From NCBI GenBank assembly GCA_965644315.1, contig CBFFRQ010000089.1, positions 372,001 through 436,000 of the forward strand: 64,000 nucleotides of DNA, read 5' to 3'. Both the position numbers and the translations under genes were made by a program. This document shows positions 32,281 through 42,900 of this stretch, one piece after another. The first letter of the stretch is position 1. Each line of letters begins with the position of its first letter. This stretch comes from Caecitellus pseudoparvulus (lineage: Eukaryota; Protista; Bigyra: Bicosoecida). The notes under the pieces are model-generated. The model saw nothing but the letters and a program-made list of their open reading frames with translations, made no database searches and had not been told where the DNA came from.

Positions 32281-34039
32281 CCGAGTACATGAGAGGTTCG
32301 TTTTGCCGAAGGACCATCCCGTGAAACCACTTTCGCAGTCGTGGCATGACTTCCTGTTGTGCACTGCCTCGACTCCGTGTATGACGGGGTTGACCCGGCA
32401 CAGCAGATGCTGTGCCGGGCTTCTTGCTCCTCTTCTTCAAGGATGACAAGCCCCCTTGGTCCAGGTCCTGCAGCACCTCGCGATCAAGTCCATGGAGCAG
32501 CGTCGTCATGGTTTGGATCTGCTCCCAAAGCTCTGACGAGGCCCCGCGAGGGGGCTGGGCTTCAACCTCAGGCGCAGATTCCCCTTGTGCATCACGCACA
32601 GCTTTGGCAACGGCCTGATAAGCCACCTTCATGGGTCGCTTGTTGCGCCGGACTTGCATCAGTCGGGGCAGGTCTTCAAATGTGCGATCTGCTGCCTCCC
32701 CTAATGCACGGTCGGCCTTTACAGTGAGATGGAGCAAGCTCAACGAGTGATTCTTTCGAAGCAGCCATGACTCGCTTCGGAGGCTGCGACGAGTGTAAAG
32801 CATCCGAAATGCAACAAGACCTGTGACCGCCTTGACCGTCAAGAGCAGAAGTGCCTTTTGGTCTGCGAGGAACGGCATCTGTGAGTGTCTTTCGCTCAAC
32901 CTACCATTGAACGACTTGATGACGTTGTTGCAGTTCTCCACTACAAGCCTTGCGCTGCTTATCATCTCCGTTCGCAGATCCAAGCTAAGCAGCATCCCAG
33001 ACGCCATGCGCAGCCTCTCGAGCTCTTCGGCATCCTCCCACCCAGCCTCAATGTGCTGGGTGATCTTGTCGGCCCACTGTTTGAGGTGGGATGGCTTGTC
33101 TCCCGCTACAATGTGCTTGTTGGAGTGCCAGTACAATGCATCTCCTAGCAGCAGATCGCCTGGCTCCATGACTCCATGGCGGCGCAGGGTTCGCACCGCG
33201 TCTGACGCCGCCGCAACTTCAGACTGTGATCCAGGCCCCATCTCAAAAATAGCCAAGGGAACTCCAGTGAGGTCTGTCACAAGCAGGAAGTCGTAACCTG
33301 GAATCTTGTGGTGGACGTTGTAGTGGGATTGGGGTCGGCCCGGCATCGCTTGCATCGGGATGGTTACCCCATCCACTGCCCCGACAACACGGCCAAGTGC
33401 GCCGCCAAAAATCCCGTGAGACACGTCCCGCTGATCTTCGGGTATCTTGAGCATCAAATTTCTGGTGGCAACAGAGAGGACGAAGGGAATCACCTCCCGG
33501 AAGATCCCATGCATAGATCCTTCCGGCATCTTCGTAATGATCGCCAGAGCGGCAGGAGGGTGCCCACGGAGCTGGGAAATGCAAATGAAAATCCGTACAA
33601 AGGCTGAGTGCTGCTTGGTTTGCATGTTTTTGGCCTTTACGAGAGCTCTCTGGACTTCGTCAGAGAAGTGCCTGTACATCTCTGCGTTCATCCCCGTTAA
33701 CCTCCAACAGTGCCTCGGGTTCTGCAGCGTCGCTTCAATAGACTGGCGAATGACAAGTGGCTTGATCCTACGAAGCCTACCTCTGCCTTTTGCTGCTCCG
33801 AACTTCGCTTCCCGCTGATCCCTGCGGGTGTAGCCTTCGGCTCGAAGCTGGCCTGCCAAGGCATGCACCGAGTGTACAAGCAACGACTGCCCTGTGACAA
33901 GTGAGGCCGCACCAAGGTTCATCATGTGGGCACTTGCTTCAAGAATTCCTTGAGCTATTCCGCGTGACGACCTTTCCGGGACAGCTGTGGCCGTTCGCAA
34001 CGGGGCGCCGGATCGGTCTCGTTTCGTCGCCATCACCAC
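32132..34039 (-). CDS. PIF/Harbinger-type DDE transposase (DDE_Tnp_4/HARBI1-like)
   Basis: VVGAVDGVTIP (D1), YNVHHK, LLVTDLTG, GPGS, LLGDALY (D2), SSARLVVEN (E); upstream HTH-like region RLTGMNAEMY...FREVIP. Confidence 0.85.
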   Translation of the reverse strand: MVMATKRDRSGAPLRTATAVPERSSRGIAQGILEASAHMMNLGAASLVTGQSLLVHSVHALAGQLRAEGYTRRDQREAKFGAAKGRGRLRRIKPLVIRQSIEATLQNPRHCWRLTGMNAEMYRHFSDEVQRALVKAKNMQTKQHSAFVRIFICISQLRGHPPAALAIITKMPEGSMHGIFREVIPFVLSVATRNLMLKIPEDQRDVSHGIFGGALGRVVGAVDGVTIPMQAMPGRPQSHYNVHHKIPGYDFLLVTDLTGVPLAIFEMGPGSQSEVAAASDAVRTLRRHGVMEPGDLLLGDALYWHSNKHIVAGDKPSHLKQWADKITQHIEAGWEDAEELERLRMASGMLLSLDLRTEMISSARLVVENCNNVIKSFNGRLSERHSQMPFLADQKALLLLTVKAVTGLVAFRMLYTRRSLRSESWLLRKNHSLSLLHLTVKADRALGEAADRTFEDLPRLMQVRRNKRPMKVAYQAVAKAVRDAQGESAPEVEAQPPRGASSELWEQIQTMTTLLHGLDREVLQDLDQGGLSSLKKRSKKPGTASAVPGQPRHTRSRGSAQQEVMPRLRKWFHGMVLRQNEPLMYSGGHNPSEATQCWSTPTPQCGRCTTTTRMEPRNKSCTPREQRRTCTTHSL

Positions 34040-34802
34040 TGGGTGAGAATTCGGCTTGGAAGAGGAAACCGGGCGAACAAATGGCGGAAGTTATGAGAAA
34101 GCTTGAGGTTGGCCATGAATTGCGTGAAATTTTTGAGCCAGCGCTTATTCTGAAAGAGGTAGACGGCCTTGGGTGATTGGCCGTTTTCTTTCGGTGCCCG
34201 TAACGCCAACGGCCAACGGCACCATCAAACAAAAAACTCAAATTTGAAGTATTTGAATTTTGGCGAAGCCCCCCCGCCGGGTCTTGTTGCGCAAAACCTC
34301 CAAGAACGCAAAATTGCTCTAAGAATGTTGAGCATAGTGCTAGACCTTATATCAGTTTGTCCTACATTTGCCCTTATTGCAGGGTTTCACGAGACCTAAC
34401 TAAAATGAACTGCCATCGAAGCACAGACAAAGTTCAGCACCCCGCACTCGTTCCAGAAGCTCCGAGCAGAAGCACAACACTACCGTTCAGATCAAACGCT
34501 GCTCGACAATCCAATTCCAAGGTGATCTTCTTCTCCATGCTTGTCTGCTTCGCACGCGAGCTCACCCTTCTCCACTTCGCCTCCCACGAGAGCCTTTCCT
34601 TTCAATCACGAGTTACAAAAACCAGACACCCCACAATTCCCACAATTTATCTATGTACGGCGCTTCCCCATGCTTTATCTGCCCAGCTGCACTCCGTAGC
34701 AAGCCTCGTACACCGCAGACTGCCTCAGCAGCTTCATCATCTTTGCCCAGGACACAGCTTCAGGGACCCGGGCAAGGTCGTGACGCAGGAGCACCCATCG
34801 CC

Positions 34803-35664
34803 ATGAACGGGTCATGGAGCTCTGCGTTGTCGAAGATCGTCTGGTACGGCGCTTGAGCTGTGCAGTAGGCCGCGTGACCACTTGCCACATCACCCGCTTC
34901 CCTTGCTGCACAGCAACGTGATTGGGAACGTCTACCCCGCCTATGCAAGCTACCTGGCTGTGCGGGAGGCTGATCCTGAGGAGCACAAACAGTGGCTGAT
35001 GTATTGGTGCGTTGGGCAGCTTGCAGTGTGGCTTGGGGCTGGCGCTGGCATGCCCGTAACGCGCGCCGAAACGCCAGGCATGCCACGTGACTGTGCTCGC
35101 TGTGCAGGATCGTGAACACAGTCTTCATCATCTTTGAGATGTTGGCCGACCAACTTGTATCCTGGTGCGTCTCCAGCATGCTTTTGCGTGCTCTTCAGAG
35201 GCGCGAAACCCTCTCCTTTCCGTCACAGGGTGCCGCTGTACTGGGAAGGCAAGATTGCTTTCGTGTTGTGGTTGACTCTGCCCCGCTTCCGTGGCGCAAC
35301 ATACCTGTACGAGCAGGCTGTCGCTCCCTACATCACACAGTACGAGGGTGACATTGACAAGCACTTGGCCAGTCTGGCCGACTCGGCGTCTGCTGGCGTG
35401 GCGAAGCTGAAGGAGGCTGGTGCGCACCACCTGCGCCAGCACAGCACACAGGCCCTCACGCTGATGGCCGAGATGGTGTCTCCACGGGGCACGACGGCGC
35501 CTGCCCTGTCTGACATCCACGAGGGCGCCGACACCGCTCCTCCCGCCCACGCCGCTGCCCCTGCTCGGGCTGGCGTTGATTCGGAGGGCGTGCTGCAGGA
35601 GGGTCCCAACGGCTTTGACACAGACGCCAAGCCCGCCTCTACTCTGCGTCAGCGCCGCAAGTAG
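34803..35664 (+). CDS. REEP/DP1/Yop1/HVA22 family protein, four exons
   Basis: GNVYPAYASYLAV..EEHKQWLMYW|IV..FE..DQLVSW|VPLYWEGKIAFVLWLTLPRFRGATYLYE, with three GT-AG introns. Confidence 0.9.
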
Positions 35665-35677
35665 GCGTGCATTGCCC

Positions 35678-37093
35678 TCACACCGGCACCAAGATGACGC
35701 CCTGGCCCCGCTTCGCCTCTGCCGCCACCGCTGGCCAGGCGCCTAGCTCCGTGGTCCGGTCCTCAGCCATCAGACGCAGCACTTTGCCTGCTGCTGCCGC
35801 CTGGGACGTGCCCATCACGGCATTGGCCAGGTTGTCCTTGGCCTGGCGCCGCAGACTGGTCATGGCCTGGGCCTGATCGTCCGCAGTGTCGGCTGGTGTC
35901 GGCACATACGCCGCAGGCAGCTCCCGTAGACTGCCCGGTGTGGGCTCCCAATACAACCGCACCTTCACGACAGAAGTCTCCACAACACCGTCACCCCCCC
36001 CAGTCAGATCTAGCATGGGCAGCGCCTCGGTTTCCCGGCGTTGCCGCTTGGGCTGGTGTTCCGCCTTGACTGCGTCGGCAGGGGGGGGCGCTTGTCCACC
36101 CTCCCCCTCATCATCTTCCGTGTCTGAATCCTTCAACTCCAGGATGCCGTCATCGCCCACCTCGTACGAGCGGGCGGGGGCCATGCGCTTGCCGCCTCCC
36201 ACGGCGCCCCCTCCTCGAGCCGACGCGCCAGCCTTGTTCGGGTGCACTGTTCCGGACGCACCCGATGTTCCGGCTTGCTTCTTGCGTTCCAGGTCCATGG
36301 CAAGGGTGTCCCTGTACTTGAACAGGAACATGACGGGGTGCGAATCGCCGATGCCCCACGCCGCCACCTCCTCCAGAGCCCGAGGCTTGATGTCTGGGCG
36401 GTGGGTGGCTTGGTTCTGTGTCAGGGCGGCCTTGGTGTCCCCCCCACCCGCCGTCAGCGCCGTCTTGCGCAGGGAGCCCACAGTGCACGTCTGCGTCGTG
36501 GGCCTGTCCAGCTGCACCACCTCGTACACCATCACCTTCACCTCGCCGTGGTTGACGGGGGCAGCGGCAGCACCTGGCGCAGCCGCTGCAGCCGCCCCAG
36601 CACTGCCGCCTGGTGCTGCCGCTGGGAGGGCTTCTGTTCGAAACGGCACCACGTCAGTGAGCACGTCAGGCCACTGGGCCGTGCGGGGCCAGCCTGGGCA
36701 GGGAAGGGCAAGCAGGAAAGTGCACACGGCTGTGGACGGGGGGCGGCGGCAAGGCGCAGGTGCGGCACACACCTTTGATGGCGAGGTTGGAGCCAGGCTC
36801 CAGCCAGTAGGTGTTGGAGAAGACCTTTTCGCCGTCCACCCACACTGCCACCACCCGGCGAGTGGTGGAGTAGTTGAAGAGGCGAATGGAGTACTGCGTG
36901 CCTGGCTCAATGCAGACATACGTGCTCTGCCTGTGCTCAAGCGGGGGGGAGAGGGGGCGTCTGTGTTGGCGTGGTGCTGGCGCTCCGCATGCGCCTGCGC
37001 CACCACGCACGAGTCATTGGACAGGGACTCCTCCAGGAAGTCCAGCCCGTTGGCCTGCACCAGTGTGCAGGAAATGGGGCCGAATCGCACCAT
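35678..37093 (-). CDS. Hypothetical protein, probably two introns
   Basis: A coding-like middle exon QSTYVCIEPGTQYSIRLFN..VAVWVDGEKV lies in a second frame, preceded by a GTGCGT...CACAG intron. The 3' part has host-like codon usage. Exon limits are uncertain. Confidence 0.55.
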   Translation of the reverse strand: MVRFGPISCTLVQANGLDFLEESLSNDSCVVAQAHAERQHHANTDAPSPPRLSTGRARMSALSQARSTPFASSTTPPLAGWWQCGWTAKRSSPTPTGWSLAPTSPSKVCAAPAPCRRPPSTAVCTFLLALPCPGWPRTAQWPDVLTDVVPFRTEALPAAAPGGSAGAAAAAAPGAAAAPVNHGEVKVMVYEVVQLDRPTTQTCTVGSLRKTALTAGGGDTKAALTQNQATHRPDIKPRALEEVAAWGIGDSHPVMFLFKYRDTLAMDLERKKQAGTSGASGTVHPNKAGASARGGGAVGGGKRMAPARSYEVGDDGILELKDSDTEDDEGEGGQAPPPADAVKAEHQPKRQRRETEALPMLDLTGGGDGVVETSVVKVRLYWEPTPGSLRELPAAYVPTPADTADDQAQAMTSLRRQAKDNLANAVMGTSQAAAAGKVLRLMAEDRTTELGAWPAVAAEAKRGQGVILVPV

Positions 37094-37645
37094 GCCCGCG
37101 AGGAGTTCGACGAGGGTGCCGCGCCGCAGTCACGTTCGGAGCGGCGTCGGTGCAGCTCAAGTTCCGCAGCCCAGCTGGGAATCTATCGACGCGGCTGACC
37201 ACCGACCCAGGTGTCAAGGGGCGCCAAACCACACCCTTCAGTACACGTTGAGGTTCTGCTGTACAATGCCTGTCATTTTTTTATACTGATGGGCTTTGTG
37301 GAGCACTGCGTTGCCAATTGGGGGCCATGCGATAGGGAAACGCTCGCTCGGACGTGGCCAGCACTTGCCGCCAGACGTGACGTGACCCAAAAGTCAAACT
37401 GTCCTCGACCCGGCTCGCGCCTCAAGGCAAGCAAGTGCTGCGAACCCGTACGAGTTCCTGCAGCAGCTTCCATCTTCCAGTGTCTTCCACTCTTGCGCGT
37501 GTCTTCAGCTGACCTTTGAGGCACACAGCTTGAGTCTTGCAGAGCCGATTGCGTTGACGCGGCAGAAGGCCAACCCAACCATCTCCACCTCGCCCCACAC
37601 CCCATAATAGTGGCATATTAAATATAAGACTGCCGCGGGAACGCC

Positions 37646-39911
37646 ATGGCAGACAGTTCACGCGGGTCAGACGTGCTGCCGGAGCCGGTGCGTGAGGCGG
37701 TCCAATTTCCGCGTCACGCCAGGGCGCCCATGCTGGTGCATGCGCCCCCCCCTGCGCATGATGCAGGTGTTGCAAGGGCTGTTTGACCGCAATGCAGACC
37801 GGCGCAAGGCTGCTGCGGCGGACTTGGCTGGCCTGGTGCGGCAGTGGAAGGGGGAGGGCGGGGAGGGCAAGCTGCAGGCGCTGGTGGAGATGCTGGCAGA
37901 GCACTTTGTGAACTCCTCCTCCATCACGCAGCGCAAGGGCGGGCTGAGCGGCATCGCGGCCGTGGCGGCCACCCTGCGCCACGAGACGTCTGCGTACTTG
38001 AACCTGTTCATCCCCTCCGTCCTGACGTGTTTCAGCGACACGGATGCGGGTGTGCGGCAGCAGGCGCTGGACACTCTGTTCAACATTGTGCAGTATACGG
38101 AGGGCGACACGCTGCCGTACTTGAACGTCATGTTCGTGGGCCTGTGCAAGCTGGCGGCAGACGTGGACCCCGACGTGAAGAACTTGCTGGAGTTGCTGGA
38201 TGGCCGGCTGAAGGGCATGGTGTCCTCCGCACGCGGCTTTGACGTGGCGGCGTTCGTGCCACTGCTGCGCGACCATGCTAGTAGCAGCGACATGTACATT
38301 CGGCGCCTGTTCGTGTCCTGGGTGACTACGCTGGACAGTGTCCCCGAGATCAACATGCTGGAGTACCTGCCCGACACCATCGACGGCCTGTTCAACATGC
38401 TGTCGGACGCGAACAAGGAGCTGCGGTCGGAGGCCAACGCGTGTCTGGAGGAGTTCCTGCAGCAGATCGCGGCGGTGCCCAGGGAAGACTTTGAAGAGTG
38501 CGTGGCGTTCCAGCCCATCGTCGCATCCCTCGTGCGCGCCAGCAACGCCGACAACCGGTATGCCCGCGTGACGGCCATGCAGTGGCTGTACCAGCTCATC
38601 GACCTGGCAGGGGACATTCTGGCGCCCGTGTACGCGCCACTTCTGGACACCGTCCTGGCGCGCATGGGGGACAGCCAGCAGGAGATCGTGGAGCAGGCGT
38701 TCAAGACGGCGGACCTGTTCATGAGCCTGTTGCAGCGGGGGCAGGGCGAGCTGGACATCACCAACCTCCTGCGCATCGTGACCGACACGCTGCCGTCCCA
38801 GGACCAGCTGCAGCGGTCGGAATCCCTGCGGTGGACGCAGATGCTGCTGGCGAAGTTTCCCGACCAGGTCATGCAGGGCGTGGAGCCGCTGCTGCTGGCG
38901 CTGCTGCACAACCTGACGGACGAGAGCGTCGTGGACGTGTTGAAGTTGAACCTAGACACCCTCGCGCGCCTGGCGCTGCACGACCGGCACTTCTTCTTCA
39001 CCACCATCCTCAAGCGGCTGCTGACGCTGCTGGCAGGCGACCGGCGGCTGCTGGAGGCACGGGGGGCGTTCATCGTTCGGCGCCTGTGTCTGTTGCTGGA
39101 TGCGCGGGATGTGTACGTGGCCTTTGCGCGGTTGCTGCGGTGGGACCCGCACGTGGAGTTCGTGGCGGTGTTTGTGGAACTCCTGAGCCTCGTCCTGCTG
39201 ACGTCAGGCGAGATGAAGGACTTCCGCACGGCCCTGCGGGGTGCCCTGCGACGGGAGGGCAAGCGGGACATTTCCGAGCTGCTGCCAGCGACGGCGCCAG
39301 TCGGGGAGGAGGGCGAGGAGCCCCCCACGCAGCACGTGGACGCAGCGGACCTGGGGGACTTTGACATCTTCGCCACCCTCCTGTGCACGTGGTGCCACAA
39401 CCCCATTTCCACCGTCGCACTGTGCCTGCTGGGGGAGGGCTACGAGCTGGCACAAGCAGTGGTGGCGTCCCTCGTGGAGGCTCAGGTGTCCGTGGGCTTG
39501 CTCATGCAGCTGGACAAGCTGGTGCAGCTGATCGAGAGCCCTGTGTTCGTGCAGCTGCGCGTGCACTTGGTGCACCCGGAACGCAGGGACCACCAGTGCC
39601 TCCTGCGGTGCCTGTACGCGTTGCTCATGTTGCTGCCGCAGTCCACTGCCTTTGGCCTGCTGCGGGACCGACTGCAAAGCACGACGTCCCTGCACATTGC
39701 AGTGGGCGGCGGCAGTGGCGGAGGCTGGAAGCCCCTGCTCCCGTCTCCCGAAGTGGCGTCCGTGCCAGATGCGGAGTTGGCGAAACGCATGGGCGCAGTC
39801 ATGGCGCACTACAAGGCATGCCAGGCTTGGCGCACACAGCTGACTGCAGCACAGGCTGGTGACACAGAAGTGGTGGACAGTGAGAGTGGTGAGGGCGCTG
39901 CGGCGTCGTGA
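37646..39911 (+). CDS. VAC14: VAC14 (PIKfyve/Fab1 complex scaffold); intron 37688-37766
   Basis: HEAT repeats, RKGGLSGIAA, LCKLAADVD..VKN..ELLDGRLK, LLEARGAFIVRRLC, WCHNPISTVALCLL, QLDKLVQLIESPVF, LLMLLPQSTAF. Confidence 0.95.
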
Positions 39912-39937
39912 GGGTGTGCGTGAATGCATTGCTGCCG

Positions 39938-42900
39938 TCAGGCGGCGGGTTGGTCGCCGCCCTTCCACGCGCTGGCGTCATGCACCAGCCGAGGCGCCAG
40001 GGGCAGCCCAATCATGTCCCGGGCGTTGATGAGGGCTCGGCGGTACGTGTTCATGCTGTGCGCGACGAAGCTGGTCTTGGAGGCGGCTTGCAGGCGTTTC
40101 TCGATGAAGCTGGGGCTGACGATGGCGTTCCCGAACACGTCCACCAGCACGGGGACACCCACGTGCTTGTACAGCATGATGAACTTGGGAATGTCGGTGA
40201 TGACGTCTCCGTCGGCCTCCACCCGGAATGTGCCGTCGTTGCTGGCGTCGTAGAGACGTGCGAACGTCGCGTTGCCCACGCGTGGGCTGCCAAACGTGTA
40301 CACTGTCACGCCGCTGTCCCCGACGGATCGCTCAGGAGCAGAGGGCAGAATGCCCACTGCGGGGTCTGCCTGCGGCCCTGTGATGTCCAGGAAGTCCCCT
40401 TCAAACTGCACGAGGGCCTCGTCGTCAATGTCCCCCGCATCCAGCAGGTCGCCGCAGCACCGGCACTCGCAGCAGGAACACGGCAGGCCGCAGCACTCGC
40501 CGCAGTCACACAGCCCACCACTGTATGGAGTCAAGCCGTCGCCTTCCCCGCTGAGGTGTGGGAGGCGTGTCTGCCGTGCCCTGCGCCGGGATGACCCCCC
40601 TCCTTCCGCTGCGCCACCGCCCCCAGCACTGGCTGTGGACCGGCCACTGGGCAGCTGCCGCACCTCCCCAGTCAGGGGATCCTCATACGTGCCAGGCGGG
40701 CGCAGGGCTTGCGTGGAGCGCGCCCCTCGTGCCATGTGGGCCCACGCCCTGCGGTGTGTCCGCACGAACTCCCGCATGTCGTACGCCGCCATCTGCGCCA
40801 GGGCGCCGCCCAAGCTGTGCCCTGTAAAGAACAACGACGCATGCGGGCCAGCCTCGGCGAGTGCCGACAGCACCTCGCCCCGCAGTTGAGTGCGCACAGA
40901 GGAGTAGGCACGCCAGAAGCCCTGGTGCACGAGGGGCAGCGCCTGCCGCACGCCCGGCACACACGCGCAGCACCGGCAATTCCGCGCACAGCACCGGCTG
41001 AGGCAGGTCAAGCTGCAGGTGTCAGAGGGAGCGTCAGGGGGTGGCGGTGCCGCCTGGGCACTGTCGCTGACCAGTGAGTCCCCAGTGCTGCCTTCCCCGA
41101 ACACCACCTCGGAACGCATGAAGGCCAGGTCGGTCTGGACGTTTTTCTTGGAGGCCGTGCCGCGGAACGCGACGACGACGCGGGGGCCCCGAACCAGCAC
41201 CATGGCCGCCGTGTCGCTGCCCGCATTGTACACGAAACGGTGCAGTGTGAAGCCGTGGGGGGGTGCCAGCAGAGACCCTGCCCCTGAGTCTGTGACTGCG
41301 CCAGTTTCGGGTGCAGGCGTGACGCTCGCGCCGCCCGCTGCCAGGATGGCCGTCGCCTCGGGGGGGTCGAAGTACACAGCCCACGCGAAGTCAAAGAGCC
41401 AGCAGGCGGTGGTGAGGCTGAAGCGGTGTTCGTCCTGCACTGTGGAGGAGGAGCCCAGAACACTGCCAATGGACGCCGTGAACCACGCCATGCCGTTCAG
41501 GAGCGCAGAGGCGCCGCCCCCATCCCCCACGCCCTGCAACACACTGCCAGAGGCGCCAGGTGCCTCCCCATCTCCGTCCATGCCGGAACCAGCGCCTGCT
41601 GGGGGGGGCAGGTACACCGCAGCCACGGCCAGCGCATACGCCGTCACGACGAGGTACTCCGCTGGGGGGCTCTGGCCTGAGGAGACGGCTGCGATGGCGG
41701 ACGCCAGGAGCTGGGCGGGGGTGGTGGCGAGGGATGCGTCTGGGGAGCTGTCCACGTGGTGTGCCAGGCGGGCTGACTGGACGGTGCGGTGGAGGAAGGT
41801 GACGAGCGGCACGACGTTCAGGCCCAGGACGAACACGACGACGATCCACTGCTGCCACATGAAGAAGCGGAAGGTCAGCTGCTGCATGCGGGAGGGGCCG
41901 TAGGGCAGGCGGCGTAATACGCGGGAGGTGCGCAGCGTGACCAGCAGGAACCACACGAACCACGACCCCAGCAACACACCGTACAGCGCCCCCGTCCCCA
42001 GCAGCGCCGCCCGAATACTCTCCAAGGTGTCTGCATCCAGGATCACTGGGCGAGGGGGGTCGCACACCCCCTGCCCCCCCGGCAAGCACGCCCACTGCCC
42101 AGGCGCCAGCAGCATCACCTGTGCGCCAGCCACCGCCGTGAGCAGCGCGGCAAAGGCCGCCTTCCAAGCGTAAAAAGCACAGGGCAGGGAGCCTGCCAGC
42201 TTGATGTACCGCAGGCCATCCATGAACAGCAGCCAGAGTAGGAACAGGGCCGCCCAGGACACTGCCGAGACGATGTTGGCGGCGAGGTACCACCCTGGCG
42301 GCACCCACTGCCGGGGCAGCAGCTCCAGGGCGATGAACAAGGGGTTCTGCCACACCACCACGGTAATGAGGAGGTACCCCACCCACCGCCGGAAGGGTAC
42401 CCACAGGCGGAAGCTGCAGCAGCAGCGCCACAGCGCTGAGCGGGCGGCTTGCCCTGGAATCCTCCGTAGCTCCCACACCGCCACACGCCACCACCAGTAC
42501 GTGGAGAAGGCCAGGGTCAGCAGCATCATGCTGGCCCGCACGACGAGGTCGGTCACTCGCTCCGTGGCTGTGAAGTACCTCAGGCGCGCTGTCGTGGCCT
42601 TGCTCAGACTCGTCACATTCACGCCGGTGAAGGTGAGAGACAAGTTGTAGGCAGTGTACCCGCCCGCTGCAGCCGCTGAGAGCTGCCCCTTGGACAGCAG
42701 GCTCGTGGCTCCACAGGCAGGCTCGTTCCCGGGCGGGCAGCCAGGCGTGGGGGGCTCTGCGGCCTGCAGCAGCGCATCAGCGGCTGCCTGCCACTCGGCA
42801 GCCTTTTCATCGTCCTGCCAGGTTTCCCGCACAGCAGAGACGTTTGAAGGCGTGGAGGGCATGCAGGGACATGGAATGTGCACTGTTTGATTGGTTCCCG

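Larger units (their letters stand above)
29987..34398 (-). mobile_element. Complete PIF/Harbinger(PHIS)-type DNA transposon (4412 bp) with two convergent genes
   Basis: TIRs TAGGTCTCGTGAAACCTTACAGTAAG (29987-30012) versus the reverse complement of 34373-34398, TAGGTCTCGTGAAACCCTGCAATAAG: 23/26 identical, outer 16 perfect. ACTAA on both flanks (29982-29986, 34399-34403). DDE_Tnp_4-like ORF inside. Confidence 0.9.

Noticed and set aside
25990-34690. GCAGCTG(A/G)GCAG inverted match as TIRs of a larger element around the Sel1 gene
   Set aside because: Only 11/12 bp, no TSD seen, and expected by chance in GC-rich DNA.
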